Origin: Candidatus Saccharimonadota bacterium
GTDB taxonomy: Bacteria; Patescibacteriota; Patescibacteriia; 2-12-FULL-60-25
NCBI GenBank assembly: GCA_022843095.1
Contig: JALHOH010000001.1
Coordinates: 240,001 to 272,000, forward strand
Direction: 5' to 3'
DNA length: 32,000 nucleotides
A model generated the notes under the pieces. That model was not told the origin of the DNA and did no database searches. It saw only the letters and a program-made list of their open reading frames with translations. The stretch's first letter is position 1, and every line of letters begins with the position of its first letter. The position numbers and the translations under genes are program-made. This document shows, one piece after another, positions 31,249-32,000 of this stretch.

Positions 31249-31257
31249 TGTTATTAT
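31249..31257 (+). promoter_or_regulatory. extended -10 promoter TGtTATTAT upstream of the first major pilin gene
   Basis: TATTAT at 31252-31257 lies 25 nt upstream of the ATG at 31283. No Shine-Dalgarno sequence is visible. Confidence 0.35.
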
Positions 31258-31282
31258 TTAAGTATTCATTTTGAACACTACT

Positions 31283-31735
31283 ATGCGTCGCCTTCATGCC
31301 TCGTCCGGTTTCACCCTCGTTGAGCTTCTGCTCGTGATCGCCATTATTTCCATTCTTGCGGCGATTACGATCATCGCGATTAACCCGGCGCGGCAGTTGG
31401 CGCAGGCGAATAACGCGCAGCGTCGTTCCAACGTCAACACGATTTTGAACGCGGTGAACCAATACATGATTGATAACCGCGGAACCATTCCGACATACGT
31501 GTCGACGAGCGCCGTTCAGGTGTGTCGCACGACCGCGGTTTCGACCTCCACCTGTACGGATCTTTCCGTCCTTACGGCGAGCGAACTCTACCTTTCATCA
31601 CTTCCTGAAGATCCAACCGTTGCAAGTGGAAACCACACGGGATACACCATTCGGAAGTCGACGAGCTCTAATCCGCGTGTGACGGTTGCAGCCCCGGCAG
31701 CAGAATTGAGCGAAACCATTTCCGTTACGCGGTAG
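31283..31735 (+). CDS. pilA: type IV major pilin (PilA-like), paralog 1
   Basis: MRRLHASSG|FTLVELLLVIAIISILAAITIIAINP is the canonical prepilin leader and N-methylation motif. I preferred this start over the TTG at 31271 by analogy with paralog 2. The C-terminal region contains two cysteines (..VCRTTAVSTSTC..). Confidence 0.85.
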   Translation: MRRLHASSGFTLVELLLVIAIISILAAITIIAINPARQLAQANNAQRRSNVNTILNAVNQYMIDNRGTIPTYVSTSAVQVCRTTAVSTSTCTDLSVLTASELYLSSLPEDPTVASGNHTGYTIRKSTSSNPRVTVAAPAAELSETISVTR

Positions 31736-31750
31736 CCAACGATTGAAGAA

Positions 31751-31779
31751 AAGAACGCGCGCTCAAGGCGCGTGTTCTT
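31751..31779 (+). terminator. 12-bp GC-rich hairpin after pilin 1 (no T-tract on the plus strand)
   Basis: AAGAACGCGCGC pairs with GCGCGTGTTCTT (one G-U pair). An A8 run follows, which could instead act as an UP-like element for the next promoter. Confidence 0.45.
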
Positions 31780-31795
31780 GCATTCAAAAAAAATG

Positions 31796-31804
31796 TGGTA
31801 TACT
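31796..31804 (+). promoter_or_regulatory. extended -10 promoter TGgTATACT 9 nt upstream of the ATG at 31814
   Basis: TATACT at 31799-31804, preceded by an A-tract, with no Shine-Dalgarno sequence. Confidence 0.5.
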
Positions 31805-31813
31805 GGTTGCGAT

Positions 31814-32000
31814 ATGTCCTCACGTCGCCACTTCTCCTCTGGGTTTACGCTCATCGAGCTCTTGCTCGTGATCGCGATCATTGCGGTGCTTGCGTCCATC
31901 ACCATCATCGCCATTAACCCCGCCCGTCAGCTTGCGCAGTCGAATAACGCTCAGCGTCGTTCCAACGTGAACACGATTTTGAACGCTATCAGTCAGTACA
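31814..32000 (+). CDS. pilA: type IV major pilin, paralog 2 (partial; continues past the window end)
   Basis: Manual translation: MSSRRHFSSG|FTLIELLLVIAIIAVLASITIIAINPARQLAQSNNAQRRSNVNTILNAISQY. It is nearly identical to the N-terminus of paralog 1. It is absent from the ORF track because it is truncated by the window. Confidence 0.85.
   Translation, partial: MSSRRHFSSGFTLIELLLVIAIIAVLASITIIAINPARQLAQSNNAQRRSNVNTILNAISQY

Noticed and set aside
1-32000. CRISPR arrays, rRNA genes, and large direct or inverted repeats
   Set aside because: I saw no regularly spaced short repeats or rRNA-like sequence on reading through. The only repeated DNA noted is the paralogous pilin N-terminus, plus protein-level repeats.

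Overview
Bacterial chromosomal window. From gene content alone (no search was run) it looks like a Candidate Phyla Radiation/Patescibacteria-type genome. Housekeeping genes: pnp (partial and absent from the ORF track, because it runs off the window at position 1), rpsO, leuS, galU, one solute-binding protein and tRNA-Ser(CGA). Three accessory blocks stand out. (1) 11.6-16.8 kb holds six tandem paralogous genes. Each ends in the same two-helix membrane hairpin, which resembles VirB2/TrbC-type (T4SS pilin-like) subunits. The first three also carry large cysteine-rich ectodomains built from repeated modules I cannot assign to any known family. I consider this the best candidate for an undescribed system. 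(2) 16.9-22.0 kb is a more GC-rich block of four ORFans in two divergent pairs: a lipoprotein, a Gly/Met-rich membrane or lipoprotein, a Lys/Glu-rich protein, and a 694-aa polytopic membrane protein. Heavily structured non-coding DNA follows it. (3) 24.1-32.0 kb is a type IV pilus cluster: stand-alone receiver domain overlapping pilB, then pilC, four minor pilins (one fused to a seven-repeat LVIVD-type beta-propeller), pilM, and two tandem major-pilin paralogs. A TGnTATACT extended -10 box recurs 6-14 nt upstream of start codons with no Shine-Dalgarno sequence, which suggests leaderless or near-leaderless mRNAs. I recognised no CRISPR array, transposase, integrase or rRNA. All calls come from reading translations and motifs by eye.
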